NCBI GenBank assembly: GCA_000433755.1
Contig: FR891276.1
Coordinates: 2,544 to 66,543 of the forward strand
DNA length: 64,000 nucleotides
Direction of reading: 5' to 3'
Source: Clostridium sp. CAG:465
Lineage (GTDB): Bacteria; Bacillota; Clostridia; TANB77; CAG-465
In this document: piece by piece, positions 1 through 9,595 of the stretch
How positions within the stretch are numbered: position 1 is the first letter of the stretch
Layout: every line of letters starts with the position of its first letter
Notes under the pieces: generated by a model
Told to the model about the DNA's origin: nothing
What the model saw: only the letters and a program-made list of their open reading frames with translations
Databases searched by the model: none
Made by a program: the position numbers and the translations under genes

Positions 1-987
1 AAAAGGCATTTTTTGAATTTCATTTTGATTTACACCTACAATATATCCATGTCTACCATCTGAAAGAAGATTAAATGCATAGTCTCCAAGTCTTGAACCA
101 AGTATTATATCTGATGCACAAGGATCTCCTCCTCTTTGCAGATGACCAAGAACCATTGGTCTTGATTCATATCCAGTTATTTCTTCAATTTGCGCTGAAA
201 GTTTAGCAGCAATTCCCCCAAATCTTTTTTGTTCAAAACTGTCTTTTATAACCTTAGAAATGGTTTCTTTTTTGCCTTTTTCTTTACATGCCTCAGATAC
301 AGCAATAATAACATATCTTTTATCTGTACTCATTATTTCTTTTACTCTATTACATACAATATTTAAATCGTAATCTCTCTCAGGTAATAGTATAATATCT
401 GCTCCAGCAGCAAATCCGCTGTATAAAGTTAAGTAACCAGATGTTCTTCCCATCATTTCTACTACCATTACTCTTCTATGTGAAGCTGCAGTTGTTTTTA
501 ATTTTCTGATTGCTTCAACAGCATTTTCTACACCAGTATCAAATCCTATAGTTGGATTACTAGCAACCATATCATTGTCAATCGTTTTTGGAATTCCAAT
601 TGTTGGCATACCAGCCTCATCAATGACTCTTGCAGAGTCAAGGGTACCATCGCCGCCAATTATAATCATAGCTTCAACGCCAATTTTTCTTAGAGCTTTT
701 ATTGAATCATCTACTCTATCTTCATATTCATCTTTTTTCTCTTTACTAGGATAATGAAAAGGACATTCTTTATTTGAAGAACCAAGTATAGTTCCTCCCT
801 GTCTTTCAATATTTTCAACAATTTTATTATCAAGTACCATATACTTTCTTTCTACAAATCCAATAAATCCATCAATAATTCCAACTACAACAATGTTATT
901 TTTAGATGCTGCCATAACCACTGATTTAATTGCAGCGTTAAGTCCTGCACAATCTCCACCTGCTGTCATAATAGCTATTTTTTTCAT
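1..987 (-). CDS. pfkA: 6-phosphofructokinase (ATP-PFK family), partial: C-terminus runs off the window start
   Basis: My own minus-strand translation from ATG at 987 gives MKKIAIMTAGGDCAGLNAAIKSVV..., with IIGGDGTLDSA, PKTIDNDM and VVEMMGRTSGY motifs. It is absent from the ORF track because there is no stop in the window. The start overlaps the mtnN stop by 4 nt. Confidence 0.9.
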   Translation of the reverse strand, partial: MKKIAIMTAGGDCAGLNAAIKSVVMAASKNNIVVVGIIDGFIGFVERKYMVLDNKIVENIERQGGTILGSSNKECPFHYPSKEKKDEYEDRVDDSIKALRKIGVEAMIIIGGDGTLDSARVIDEAGMPTIGIPKTIDNDMVASNPTIGFDTGVENAVEAIRKLKTTAASHRRVMVVEMMGRTSGYLTLYSGFAAGADIILLPERDYDLNIVCNRVKEIMSTDKRYVIIAVSEACKEKGKKETISKVIKDSFEQKRFGGIAAKLSAQIEEITGYESRPMVLGHLQRGGDPCASDIILGSRLGDYAFNLLSDGRHGYIVGVNQNEIQKMPF

Positions 988-1667
988 ATATTCTCCTCCT
1001 CTAAATATTCCTTTAATATTCTTGAAATATTTTCTGTTGCAATCTCTGCAAACTTTCTATATTCAATGTTATTGCCACTATCCGATATAATTCTTAATGT
1101 AACAAATTCTTTATTATTCAAATAAGCAACATGATTTATACTTGCACTTTCCATATCAATAGCAATACCATTAAATTTCTTCTTTAATGTTTCCTTTTCA
1201 TTTTTGTCAACAATAAATTTATCTGAAGATAAAATTGTACCAATCTCCGATTTTATAGATAATTTATCACATACACTTTGTATTTTAACTGATAACCTCT
1301 CACTTGCAGGAACTCTTACTTTATCTATTCCAAAAGTATGTCCTATCTCATATCCAAGAGCACTTACATCTTGATCAAATTCAACAGTATTATTTGAAAT
1401 TGCCACGTCAAATACATTTAAATTATCTGATATACTTCCAGCCACTCCAACATTTAGCACATATTGTATATCAAAATTTGATATTAATATCTGTGTTGCA
1501 ACTGCAGAATTTACTTTTCCTTCATTTGATTTTACAATTATAACATCTTTAGAATATAACTTACCTATATAAAAATCAAGAAAGGAAACATTCTTTTTTT
1601 CTACTACGTCCATATCAGAAATTAGTCTATCTAATTCCATGTCCATTGCACCAATTATTCCAATCAT
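984..1667 (-). CDS. mtnN: 5'-methylthioadenosine/S-adenosylhomocysteine nucleosidase
   Basis: 227 aa. MIGIIGAMDMELD N-terminus, VGVAGS, AIDMESASI and LRIISDS motifs are typical of Pfs/MtnN. Confidence 0.85.
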   Translation of the reverse strand: MIGIIGAMDMELDRLISDMDVVEKKNVSFLDFYIGKLYSKDVIIVKSNEGKVNSAVATQILISNFDIQYVLNVGVAGSISDNLNVFDVAISNNTVEFDQDVSALGYEIGHTFGIDKVRVPASERLSVKIQSVCDKLSIKSEIGTILSSDKFIVDKNEKETLKKKFNGIAIDMESASINHVAYLNNKEFVTLRIISDSGNNIEYRKFAEIATENISRILKEYLEEENI

Positions 1668-1669
1668 TT

Positions 1670-3121
1670 TTATTCTCCTATTTCGTTTCTAATCCTATCT
1701 TTCTCACTTTTTGTCATCTTTTCACATGCATATGAAAGCAAAATACTAGGTAATTTTTTTTCATGGTTCTTATCACACAAATATTCTACAATTACTTTTG
1801 GTTCCTTTTTATATAATTCTCTTAATACCCATCCTGTAGCCTTCTGATACAAATGAAATTCATCATATAACACATAATTACAAACCTGTAGTGGAAGTTC
1901 CAACAAACCATTTCTTACAAAATTAAGCTGTGAGACAATACCTATTCTTTTTACCCAAAAATTTTTATTATTTAAATACATAAATATTTTTTTTCTTCTT
2001 TGTTTTTCACTTAATGTGTACAGATTATATGCTAAAATATTTGGTCCTGATACATCAGTTAAATCCCAGTTGTTTATATATCCAATATTATCTTCAAAGA
2101 AGTTAAAAATATCCTTCAATTCCTTTAAAGACTTTTTATCTTTCTTATCTTTAATTACTTTTTTATATAGAATACTTATTTTATTAATCAGACAAAAAAT
2201 AGCAAATCTTCTATAGTCATGAAATTTAGAAGTTATAAAATAAAGTAAAATATTTAAATTTATATATTTATACCACATAAGAGCACATTTTCTTATATCA
2301 GGTACATTTATACCAAGTAAAATATCATTTTCACCATAACCACCTGGAACAACTTGAAGGGTGGTTGTGTCTAATTTCATATTTGCTCTTCTTGGTAATT
2401 TTTCAATAGTATGTATAACATTTACAAGTAAAAACTTTTCAAAAAGCAAATCCGTATTACTCTCTTTAGATAAATAACTTCCTATAACAATACTATTTAC
2501 CCCATTTCTTATAGATTTTGGTATTGTTTCTTCATTTAACCCTCCATCTACTTGTACATCTATTTTTGGAAAAATGTTTTTTGCAAAGATAATTTTATCA
2601 TAAGTTGATTTAATGTATTTTTGACCACCAAATCCAGGTTCAACACTCATTAGAAGTATTTTATTTATTTTTGATTTATATTTTTTTAAGATATCAACTT
2701 TTGTTTTAGGTTTTAATGCAACACCAATACTTAAATCTCTATTTTCTTTTTCCTTTAATTTTCTTTTTTTATCAATTAAATAATTTAAATTCTTTTCAAA
2801 ATTACGTATTTCATAATGAATAGTTATATTGTCTGCTCCAAGTTCTATTGCTCTATCAACATATTTTTCCTTAACAGGTTCCTCCACCATTAAATGAACA
2901 TCAATATAAAATCCTAATTTTTTTGCATAACAAATACTTTCAATATTTATGCCAGTATTTGGTACAAATTTAGAGTCCATTATATCAAAATGTATACAAA
3001 CATCAAATACTCCAGTTTTAATATTTAAGTCATTAATCTTTTCTTTTATGTTTTTTAAGTTATCAATATATCTTTCTTTATTGTTTACATCAAGTATTGA
3101 AACAGATATATTATCCTTCAT
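1670..3121 (-). CDS. rpe: Fusion protein: ribulose-phosphate 3-epimerase (N-terminal) plus DNA-alkylation-repair (AlkD-like HEAT repeat) domain (C-terminal)
   Basis: N-terminal half has the Rpe motifs HFDIMDSKFVPN, DVHLMVEEP, MSVEPGFGGQ and VDGGLN. C-terminal ~240 aa has NNWDLTD, FWVKRIGIV and YQKATGWVLRELYKKEP, as in the DNA_alkylation family. The ORF is open to 3160. The ATG at 3121 (MKDNISV) has GGGTGA 5-6 nt upstream and avoids overlap with rsgA. Confidence 0.8.
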   Translation of the reverse strand: MKDNISVSILDVNNKERYIDNLKNIKEKINDLNIKTGVFDVCIHFDIMDSKFVPNTGINIESICYAKKLGFYIDVHLMVEEPVKEKYVDRAIELGADNITIHYEIRNFEKNLNYLIDKKRKLKEKENRDLSIGVALKPKTKVDILKKYKSKINKILLMSVEPGFGGQKYIKSTYDKIIFAKNIFPKIDVQVDGGLNEETIPKSIRNGVNSIVIGSYLSKESNTDLLFEKFLLVNVIHTIEKLPRRANMKLDTTTLQVVPGGYGENDILLGINVPDIRKCALMWYKYINLNILLYFITSKFHDYRRFAIFCLINKISILYKKVIKDKKDKKSLKELKDIFNFFEDNIGYINNWDLTDVSGPNILAYNLYTLSEKQRRKKIFMYLNNKNFWVKRIGIVSQLNFVRNGLLELPLQVCNYVLYDEFHLYQKATGWVLRELYKKEPKVIVEYLCDKNHEKKLPSILLSYACEKMTKSEKDRIRNEIGE

Positions 3122-3134
3122 ATTATCACCCGCT

Positions 3135-4019
3135 CTATTTATATTTTCTATCATATTCATCTTTTAATTTTTTAAACAATTCCACATATCTGTCATATCT
3201 ATTTTTATCTATTCTGCCATCATTTATTGCCTTTTTTACACCACACACTTTTTCATTTTCAAACACATGACTACAATCTAAATAATCACATTTACATTCT
3301 AAAAAATCAGGATAATAATTTTTTAGCTCTTTGTATTCTATATCATATAGTTCATAACTTGAAAAACCAGGTGTATCTAAAACATACATATCTTCATTTT
3401 TATATATTTTCACATGTTTTGTAGTATGCCTTCCCCTATTTGTCTTTTTTGCCACTTCAAAGGTTAAAGAATTTGTGCCAAAAATCTTGTTTATAATACT
3501 AGATTTTCCTACACCTGAATTACCTGAAAATGCCGATATTTTATTATGTAATTTTTCCTTTAATACATCTATTCCAATATTATTTTTAGCACTTACTTCA
3601 ATAATTTGAAATCCTAAATTTCCATATACATTTTTTATATACGATAAATCTTTATTTGTAATATCTGATATATTTAAATCAATTTTGTTTATAACAATTA
3701 TGGGTAGAATATCTTTAAATTTTGCAAGTACTATTTGTTTATCTAATAGGAAGAAATCCGGACTTGGAGTTGATAGTGAAACCACTACTACAAGATTATC
3801 AATATTTGCAACTGGTGGTCGAATAAGACTATTTTTCCTTGGTAATATTTTTTTAATCATATACCTATCATAAGATACTTCAACTTCTACTAAATCACCA
3901 ACTAATATTCCATTTTTTCTTTTTATATTTCCCCTTAAACTTGCTTTAAATTCACTATTATCTTCAATATTCTCTAATATATATTCATTTAAAACTATTT
4001 CTTTAACTCTCGCTATCAA
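3135..4019 (-). CDS. rsgA: Ribosome small-subunit-dependent GTPase A
   Basis: 294 aa. GNSGVGKSSIINK P-loop, LDTPGF, and a C-terminal Cys/His zinc knuckle (CKCDYLDCSH). TTG start. Confidence 0.9.
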   Translation of the reverse strand: MIARVKEIVLNEYILENIEDNSEFKASLRGNIKRKNGILVGDLVEVEVSYDRYMIKKILPRKNSLIRPPVANIDNLVVVVSLSTPSPDFFLLDKQIVLAKFKDILPIIVINKIDLNISDITNKDLSYIKNVYGNLGFQIIEVSAKNNIGIDVLKEKLHNKISAFSGNSGVGKSSIINKIFGTNSLTFEVAKKTNRGRHTTKHVKIYKNEDMYVLDTPGFSSYELYDIEYKELKNYYPDFLECKCDYLDCSHVFENEKVCGVKKAINDGRIDKNRYDRYVELFKKLKDEYDRKYK

Positions 4020-4051
4020 ATTATCACTCTATCTTTCTTTTATATACTTAA

Positions 4052-4089
4052 AAGTACTCATACATTTTAATATATTAATATGAGTACTT
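4052..4089 (-). terminator. Intercistronic stem-loop between prkC and rsgA (possible attenuator or partial terminator)
   Basis: Perfect 11-bp arms AAGTACTCATA / TATGAGTACTT with a 16-nt loop. A short T run follows on the minus strand. Confidence 0.45.
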
Positions 4090-4096
4090 TATATTT

Positions 4097-6124
4097 TTAA
4101 TTAAAACTTACAGTAAATTCTTTTACTTGTTTTGAGTTAAGATATACCTTAAGAGTCGCATTGCTATATCCGTTAATTTCAACAGATACAGTTTTTGTAC
4201 TAGGATCAACTGATTGATTATATACTGTGTTATATGCTCCTCCATCTATACTTGCTGTTACCTTTACATTAATAGTATCAGCCGAACTTGCTGTTCCTCC
4301 TTGTAATTCTAACAAATCAAGTGTTACAGTTTTTGTAAGTAAAATTTTATTAACAGTTATTTCAACAAGTGTTCCTTGTTTAAGAGTTTGATTTTGAGGA
4401 TAACTTTGAGCAATTACTACACCATTAGATTTAGTTTTGTCCTCGGAATATTTTACACTTACAGTAAGACCTAAAGCCTCTAAAGCACTTTTAGCATCAG
4501 ACTCTGTTTTACCTAAAACATTAGGTACCACAACTGTTTCCTTTCCATCACCTTTACTTACTTGCAATTTTATAGTTGAACCATATGGTAATGTTTCACC
4601 TTTTTTAGCATCCTGTGAAATTATAATTCCAGAAGCTACTTTTTCACTTACAACATCCTCACGTTCAATTTTAAATCCAAGAGTATCTTCTAATTCATAT
4701 GTTGCAACCTTTATATCTTTACCAGTAACATCGGGAACTTCAACCATTTTTTGGCCTTTACTTACAACTACTTTAATCTTCTTATCTTTTGTTTTAGTTC
4801 CTTTTTCAGGAGTTTGAGAAATAACTGATCCCTCTGGTTGCTCTGAACTATATTCTACCTTATCTTTAATAATTTCTATACCTTGTTTAGAGTACTCCTC
4901 AACAACTTCATCATAAACTCTACCAACTAAATTTGGCACTTCAATTTCTTTATTTTCTTCAGCTTGTTTTTTAGAATTGTTATATACTAATATTCCAACT
5001 ATTGCACCTATCACTACAACAGCAGCAATTACTGAAATAATTATAATCTTCTTTTTCTTTGATTTTTTAGGATCTTTTTTCTTAGGTTCTTCAGGTATTT
5101 CTTCATCAGATTTTGAATCTTCTATAGGTAATTCCTCTTTCATTGCTTCCCTAGTTGATATTACATTTGCTCTTCTTGGTTCTCTTGTCCTTAGATTTGG
5201 AACAGCTTCTGGTACTTCATTATTTCCAAGTATAGGAATAACTTGTGTTGCACCAGCTTCAACAGAAGAAGCAGGTCTTAAAATCAAAGAATTTGGTCTT
5301 AATAGTGCTTGTGAAATATCTGAAATAACCTCAGTTGCATTTTGATATCTAAGTGCAGTACTTTTTTGTAAAGCTTTAAGAATTATTTGATTTAATGCAG
5401 GACTTACATTTGGGTTTACATCTATTGGAGGTACAGGATCTTCCTGTATTTGTTTTAGAGCAACTGATACTGGCGAATCCGCATCAAAAGGAAGCTTACC
5501 TGTAGCCATTTCATACATTACTACACCTAAAGAATATATGTCAGATTTTTCATCAGTATATCCACCTTTAGCATGCTCTGGTGAAAAATAATGTACTGAA
5601 CCCATTGTACTACCAAAACTTGTAATGGTAGCACTTGGTACATTTGTAATTTTTGCTATACCAAAATCTGTAACTTTAGCCACCATATTTTTATTTAAAA
5701 CTATATTTTGTGGCTTTATATCCCTATGAATAATATGCGCTTTATGAGCAGTTTCCAGTGCTGAAGCAATCTGAGCTGATATTTTTAAAACTAAGTCAGA
5801 GGGCATAGCGCCATGTTCTTCAATATAATCCTTTAATGTTTTAGACTCAAGTAATTCCATTACAATGTAATTTATATCTCCCTCAGCACCTACATCATAA
5901 ACAGAAACAATATTTGCATGTGTAAGAGATGCAGCAGATTGCGCTTCTCTTCTAAATCTTTTAACAAAAGTTTCATCTTTAGCATACTCAGGTTTTAATA
6001 TCTTAACTGCAACATAACGGTTTAAAAGATGGCATTTTGCTTTGTAAACTTCTGCCATTCCACCTTCGCCAATTTTTTCTATAATTTCATATCTACCACC
6101 AAGTATTTTACCAATCATATCCAT
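4097..6124 (-). CDS. prkC: Ser/Thr protein kinase with transmembrane segment and extracellular PASTA repeats
   Basis: 675 aa. Hanks kinase motifs (GEGGMAEVYKA, HRDIKPQN, DFGIA), a TM stretch IIIISVIAAVVVIGAIVGILV, then repeated PASTA-like units (VPNLVG.., VPDVTG.., VPNVLG..). Confidence 0.9.
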   Translation of the reverse strand: MDMIGKILGGRYEIIEKIGEGGMAEVYKAKCHLLNRYVAVKILKPEYAKDETFVKRFRREAQSAASLTHANIVSVYDVGAEGDINYIVMELLESKTLKDYIEEHGAMPSDLVLKISAQIASALETAHKAHIIHRDIKPQNIVLNKNMVAKVTDFGIAKITNVPSATITSFGSTMGSVHYFSPEHAKGGYTDEKSDIYSLGVVMYEMATGKLPFDADSPVSVALKQIQEDPVPPIDVNPNVSPALNQIILKALQKSTALRYQNATEVISDISQALLRPNSLILRPASSVEAGATQVIPILGNNEVPEAVPNLRTREPRRANVISTREAMKEELPIEDSKSDEEIPEEPKKKDPKKSKKKKIIIISVIAAVVVIGAIVGILVYNNSKKQAEENKEIEVPNLVGRVYDEVVEEYSKQGIEIIKDKVEYSSEQPEGSVISQTPEKGTKTKDKKIKVVVSKGQKMVEVPDVTGKDIKVATYELEDTLGFKIEREDVVSEKVASGIIISQDAKKGETLPYGSTIKLQVSKGDGKETVVVPNVLGKTESDAKSALEALGLTVSVKYSEDKTKSNGVVIAQSYPQNQTLKQGTLVEITVNKILLTKTVTLDLLELQGGTASSADTINVKVTASIDGGAYNTVYNQSVDPSTKTVSVEINGYSNATLKVYLNSKQVKEFTVSFN

Positions 6125-6141
6125 ATAAAATTTTCTCTCCT

Positions 6142-6876
6142 TTATAGTTTTATTACTACAACGGTTGTATTATCAACCCCACCATTTTCGTTGGCTTTTT
6201 TTATATATTCATCTGCAGTGTTTTCAAATTTTTTCATTTGTAACACTTGCAAAATAGCTTCATTATCTAACATATTTGTTAAGCCATCTGTACAAAGCAG
6301 AAGATATCCTGAGGTTTCATTTAAAACATGAAGCTCTGTTTTTATATCTTTAAAGACACCTATTGCTTTTGTTAGAACATGTTTTTGAGGATGATTTTCA
6401 ACGTCTTTTTGTTCAATAGCATTTGTTTTTAGCAGAGTATTTACATATGTATCATCCTCTGTTATTTGCTTTATAGAATTTCTATCATTACTGATATAAT
6501 ATAATCTACTATCTCCAACAGACAAATAATATACTTTATTATAAATAACAGCAACAAGAACAATAGTTGTTCCCATACCGTTATACTTAGGGCTAGATTT
6601 TTCCATCTTATATATTTCACCATTTATTTTGTCAAGTGCAGTTAACAAAATATCAGAGACAATACTTTCATCTTTTAAATCATCATTTAAATGTTCTTCA
6701 AAATATCTTGACATTTTTATAGTTAAAAGTCTACTTGCAATTTCTCCACCTTCATATCCACCAAGCCCATCAGCTACTACATATAAGGATATTTCATCAC
6801 TATATTTTTTTGCAAAGTAACTGTCTTCATTATTACTTCTTCTTAAACCAACATCAGTTTTTGCAACAAACTCCAT
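6142..6876 (-). CDS. prpC: PP2C-family Ser/Thr phosphatase
   Basis: 244 aa. RRSNNEDS, ADGLGG and TDGLTN motifs. Directly upstream of prkC, as in the conserved pair. Confidence 0.9.
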   Translation of the reverse strand: MEFVAKTDVGLRRSNNEDSYFAKKYSDEISLYVVADGLGGYEGGEIASRLLTIKMSRYFEEHLNDDLKDESIVSDILLTALDKINGEIYKMEKSSPKYNGMGTTIVLVAVIYNKVYYLSVGDSRLYYISNDRNSIKQITEDDTYVNTLLKTNAIEQKDVENHPQKHVLTKAIGVFKDIKTELHVLNETSGYLLLCTDGLTNMLDNEAILQVLQMKKFENTADEYIKKANENGGVDNTTVVVIKL

Positions 6877-6933
6877 ACTTCACCTCTATTTTAATATATT
6901 ATATCATTTTTTAAAAACTTTTTTCAATAGTTA

Positions 6934-7983
6934 TTATAATTTATTACTATTTTCTATATATTTCTTTCTTAATTGGCCACATGCAGCATCTATATCAGAA
7001 CCCAATTCTCTTCTTACTGTTGTAACTATTCCCATTGAATTTAATGTATTCATAAATTTTTCAACATTTTTTTCTTTTGCTTTTTTATAGTCCTTTTCTT
7101 TAATTTCATTTACAGGTATAAGGTTTACATGAGCAATCATACCACGAAGAAGTTTAGCAAGTGCTAATGCATCTTCATAACTATCATTTTTCCCACTTAT
7201 AAGAGCATATTCAAAACTTATCCTTCTACCAGTTTTTTTGATATAATCTTTGCAAGCATTAAGTAACTCATCTATGCTATACCTATTTGCTATAGGCATA
7301 ATATCACGCCTTTTTTCATCCGTAGTTGCATGAAGTGAAATAGAAAGTGTACATTGTATATTTTCATCTGCAAGTCTATATATATTTGGTACTAAACCAC
7401 ATGTTGATAAACTTATATGTCTTGCTCCTATATTTAAACCCTGAGGATTATTAATTATTCTAATTGACTTTACAGTATTATCATAATTATCTAATGGTTC
7501 CCCTATTCCCATATATACAACATTTGATATTTTTTCATTTGTGTATCTTTCTACAGTCAAAATTTGTCCTTCAATCTCAGATGCTCTAAGACTCCTTTCA
7601 AATCCCTCTTTAGTTGATGCACAAAATTTACATCCCATTTTACAGCCAACCTGGGTAGAAACACATAATGTATTTCCATGATTATATTTCATAAATACAG
7701 ACTCTATAGCACATCCATCATTAAGTCCTATTAAAAATTTCATTGTCCCATCTTTTTGTGAAATTTGGCACTTAATAACATTCATTGTTAATATATATGT
7801 ATTTTCTTTTAATTTTTCTCTTAATGATTTTGAGATATCTGTCATTTCATCAAAATCTATTACTTTAAGTTTGTGTATCCATTTAAAAATTTGCTTTGCA
7901 TGAAATTTTTTCTCTCCCAAAGATACAACATACTCCTCTAATTCTTCTAATGTAAAATTGTTTATATCTATCTTTTCCATCAT
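6934..7983 (-). CDS. rlmN: 23S rRNA/tRNA (adenine-C2)-methyltransferase, radical SAM
   Basis: CKMGCKFCAS radical-SAM cluster motif, GIGEPLDN and SLHA motifs. Start is probably ATG 7983/7980 (MMEKIDINNF), with AAGAGGA upstream. The track ORF extends to 8031. Confidence 0.9.
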   Translation of the reverse strand: MMEKIDINNFTLEELEEYVVSLGEKKFHAKQIFKWIHKLKVIDFDEMTDISKSLREKLKENTYILTMNVIKCQISQKDGTMKFLIGLNDGCAIESVFMKYNHGNTLCVSTQVGCKMGCKFCASTKEGFERSLRASEIEGQILTVERYTNEKISNVVYMGIGEPLDNYDNTVKSIRIINNPQGLNIGARHISLSTCGLVPNIYRLADENIQCTLSISLHATTDEKRRDIMPIANRYSIDELLNACKDYIKKTGRRISFEYALISGKNDSYEDALALAKLLRGMIAHVNLIPVNEIKEKDYKKAKEKNVEKFMNTLNSMGIVTTVRRELGSDIDAACGQLRKKYIENSNKL

Positions 7984-8158
7984 ATCCTCTTTTCTTTTAT
8001 ATATATTACTACAAACATGTAAAAATAGCAAGTTTTTTATGTCAAAATGTATCTTTTACTTGACTTTAAATATCTTCGCATTATATAATAGCAATAAGTT
8101 GAATTTGGGGTAAACTTGCAAATGAAGGTTTAAATAAATATGTAAAAGGAGGATTTTT

Positions 8159-8251
8159 ATGAATTTTGCCCTGTTTGCCACATTACTCATACTCGGAAAT
8201 TATATTATAGAACAAAATAAATTAATTACAAAAAAGGAGACTTACTCATGA
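8159..8251 (+). CDS. Small ORF (30 aa, hydrophobic N-terminus) translationally coupled to the downstream repeat protein
   Basis: AAGGAGG lies 7 nt before ATG 8159. Peptide is MNFALFATLLILGNYIIEQNKLITKKETYS. Its TGA (8249-8251) overlaps ATG 8248 of the next gene (ATGA). Too short for the ORF track. Confidence 0.35.
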   Translation: MNFALFATLLILGNYIIEQNKLITKKETYS

Positions 8252-9531
8252 AAAAGATTAAAAAGCACTTAGAAGGAATAACTAAAATCATGGATTATAA
8301 CGATAAATATTTTATCGTATATAATGAAAAAGACATGCTTTCTTTTGTAACAAAGGACACGTTAGAATTTGTACACGAAAACTGTTGGTTTAATTCATAT
8401 AAAAATTACGATGATTATTTCATTTTAGTTGAGAATATGAGTGGACTTTATACATTATTACGAAAAAATAATCTTGCATTTTTTAAAAAAGGAACATGGT
8501 ATAAAAGCTGGTTTAATTTTTCAGATAATCTATTTAGGGTTCAAAGGAGTGATGAACTTCTCACTCTAATTAAAAAAAATGATGGTAACTATTTGTTTGA
8601 AGATAAATGGTTTTCAGAAATAACAGACTTTAGCCCAGACTATTACAAAGGATATGATAAAGATAAAAATTGTTTCCTTATATCAAAGAAGTCAGGCGAA
8701 ATCATTACAGGAGTAAAAATTAAATATTCAGATATATTTTTTGACTCTGGAAATTATTTCTTAGATTCAAACGATCTAATATGTCCAGCAAGAATTTATA
8801 ATAAGGCTATAAAGCCTTTAAAAAATGATCTCTGGGCAAATGATTATACTCATATCGAGGATGATTTTTACCTTGCTTTTGATGGAGTAAAGTATGATGT
8901 AATAAATATAAAAACAGGTAAATTTGTTTTTAGCTCTTTGTACAAAAACAAGCAAATTAAAATTCATAAATTTGATGAAAATTACTGGCTATTATACTTT
9001 TTATATGGAAAATTCACACTTATAAACAAACCTAAATATGATGATGAAAATATTGAACTATCTTTTCCTATAATGATAAATGGCAAGCCTCTATTTTTTT
9101 ATGATTTCAAACCATTCAATGGTTCAGATGTTGTTATTTTAAAAGATATAAATTTTTATCACCTATTTAAAATACCTTCAATTGGTAAATTGCCCCTTGA
9201 AGAATTGAACAGTGATATAAACATAAAAAGTATATTTTACTCCAACAATGAAATTGCTATAATTTCTAATGAGAAAAACATGTATAATGTAATTAGAAAA
9301 TCTGATTGCAAATTGCTTTTTAATGAGTGGTTCAAAGGAGCAACCTTATATGAAAAGATTGAAATGGTAATTTTAAAAGATATAAACGATAAATCTACCA
9401 TAATATCTGGTTGTGGAAACATCTTATTAAAAAATATTGAAGTTTCAAATACTAATCAAATTATTATATCTAAAAATGATATCTTTATTTATGATAACAA
9501 TTCAAATTTAATTAAAATTAATTATAAGTAA
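8248..9531 (+). CDS. Hypothetical repeat protein with recurring W-[FYA]...aromatic...D-x-[FY] units, reminiscent of WG/KWG-type beta-propeller repeats
   Basis: 427 aa. Recurrent segments: ENCWFNSYKNYDDYFILV, GTWYKSWFNFSDNLFRV, EDKWFSEITDFSPDYYKGY, NDLWANDYTHIEDDFYLAF, ENYWLLYFLYGKFTLI, FNEWFKGATLYEKIEMVIL. No catalytic motif recognised. Confidence 0.6.
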   Translation: MKKIKKHLEGITKIMDYNDKYFIVYNEKDMLSFVTKDTLEFVHENCWFNSYKNYDDYFILVENMSGLYTLLRKNNLAFFKKGTWYKSWFNFSDNLFRVQRSDELLTLIKKNDGNYLFEDKWFSEITDFSPDYYKGYDKDKNCFLISKKSGEIITGVKIKYSDIFFDSGNYFLDSNDLICPARIYNKAIKPLKNDLWANDYTHIEDDFYLAFDGVKYDVINIKTGKFVFSSLYKNKQIKIHKFDENYWLLYFLYGKFTLINKPKYDDENIELSFPIMINGKPLFFYDFKPFNGSDVVILKDINFYHLFKIPSIGKLPLEELNSDINIKSIFYSNNEIAIISNEKNMYNVIRKSDCKLLFNEWFKGATLYEKIEMVILKDINDKSTIISGCGNILLKNIEVSNTNQIIISKNDIFIYDNNSNLIKINYK

Positions 9532-9551
9532 TTTTGATTATACCTAAAGCA

Positions 9552-9595
9552 AATCACCCGCGATATTTTTTATCGCAGGTGATTTATCTTTTTAT
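9552..9595. terminator. Bidirectional rho-independent terminator between convergent genes
   Basis: AATCACCCGCGATA / TATCGCAGGTGATT arms (one mismatch), flanked by A and T runs. Sits between the 8248..9531 stop and the fmt stop. Confidence 0.7.
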
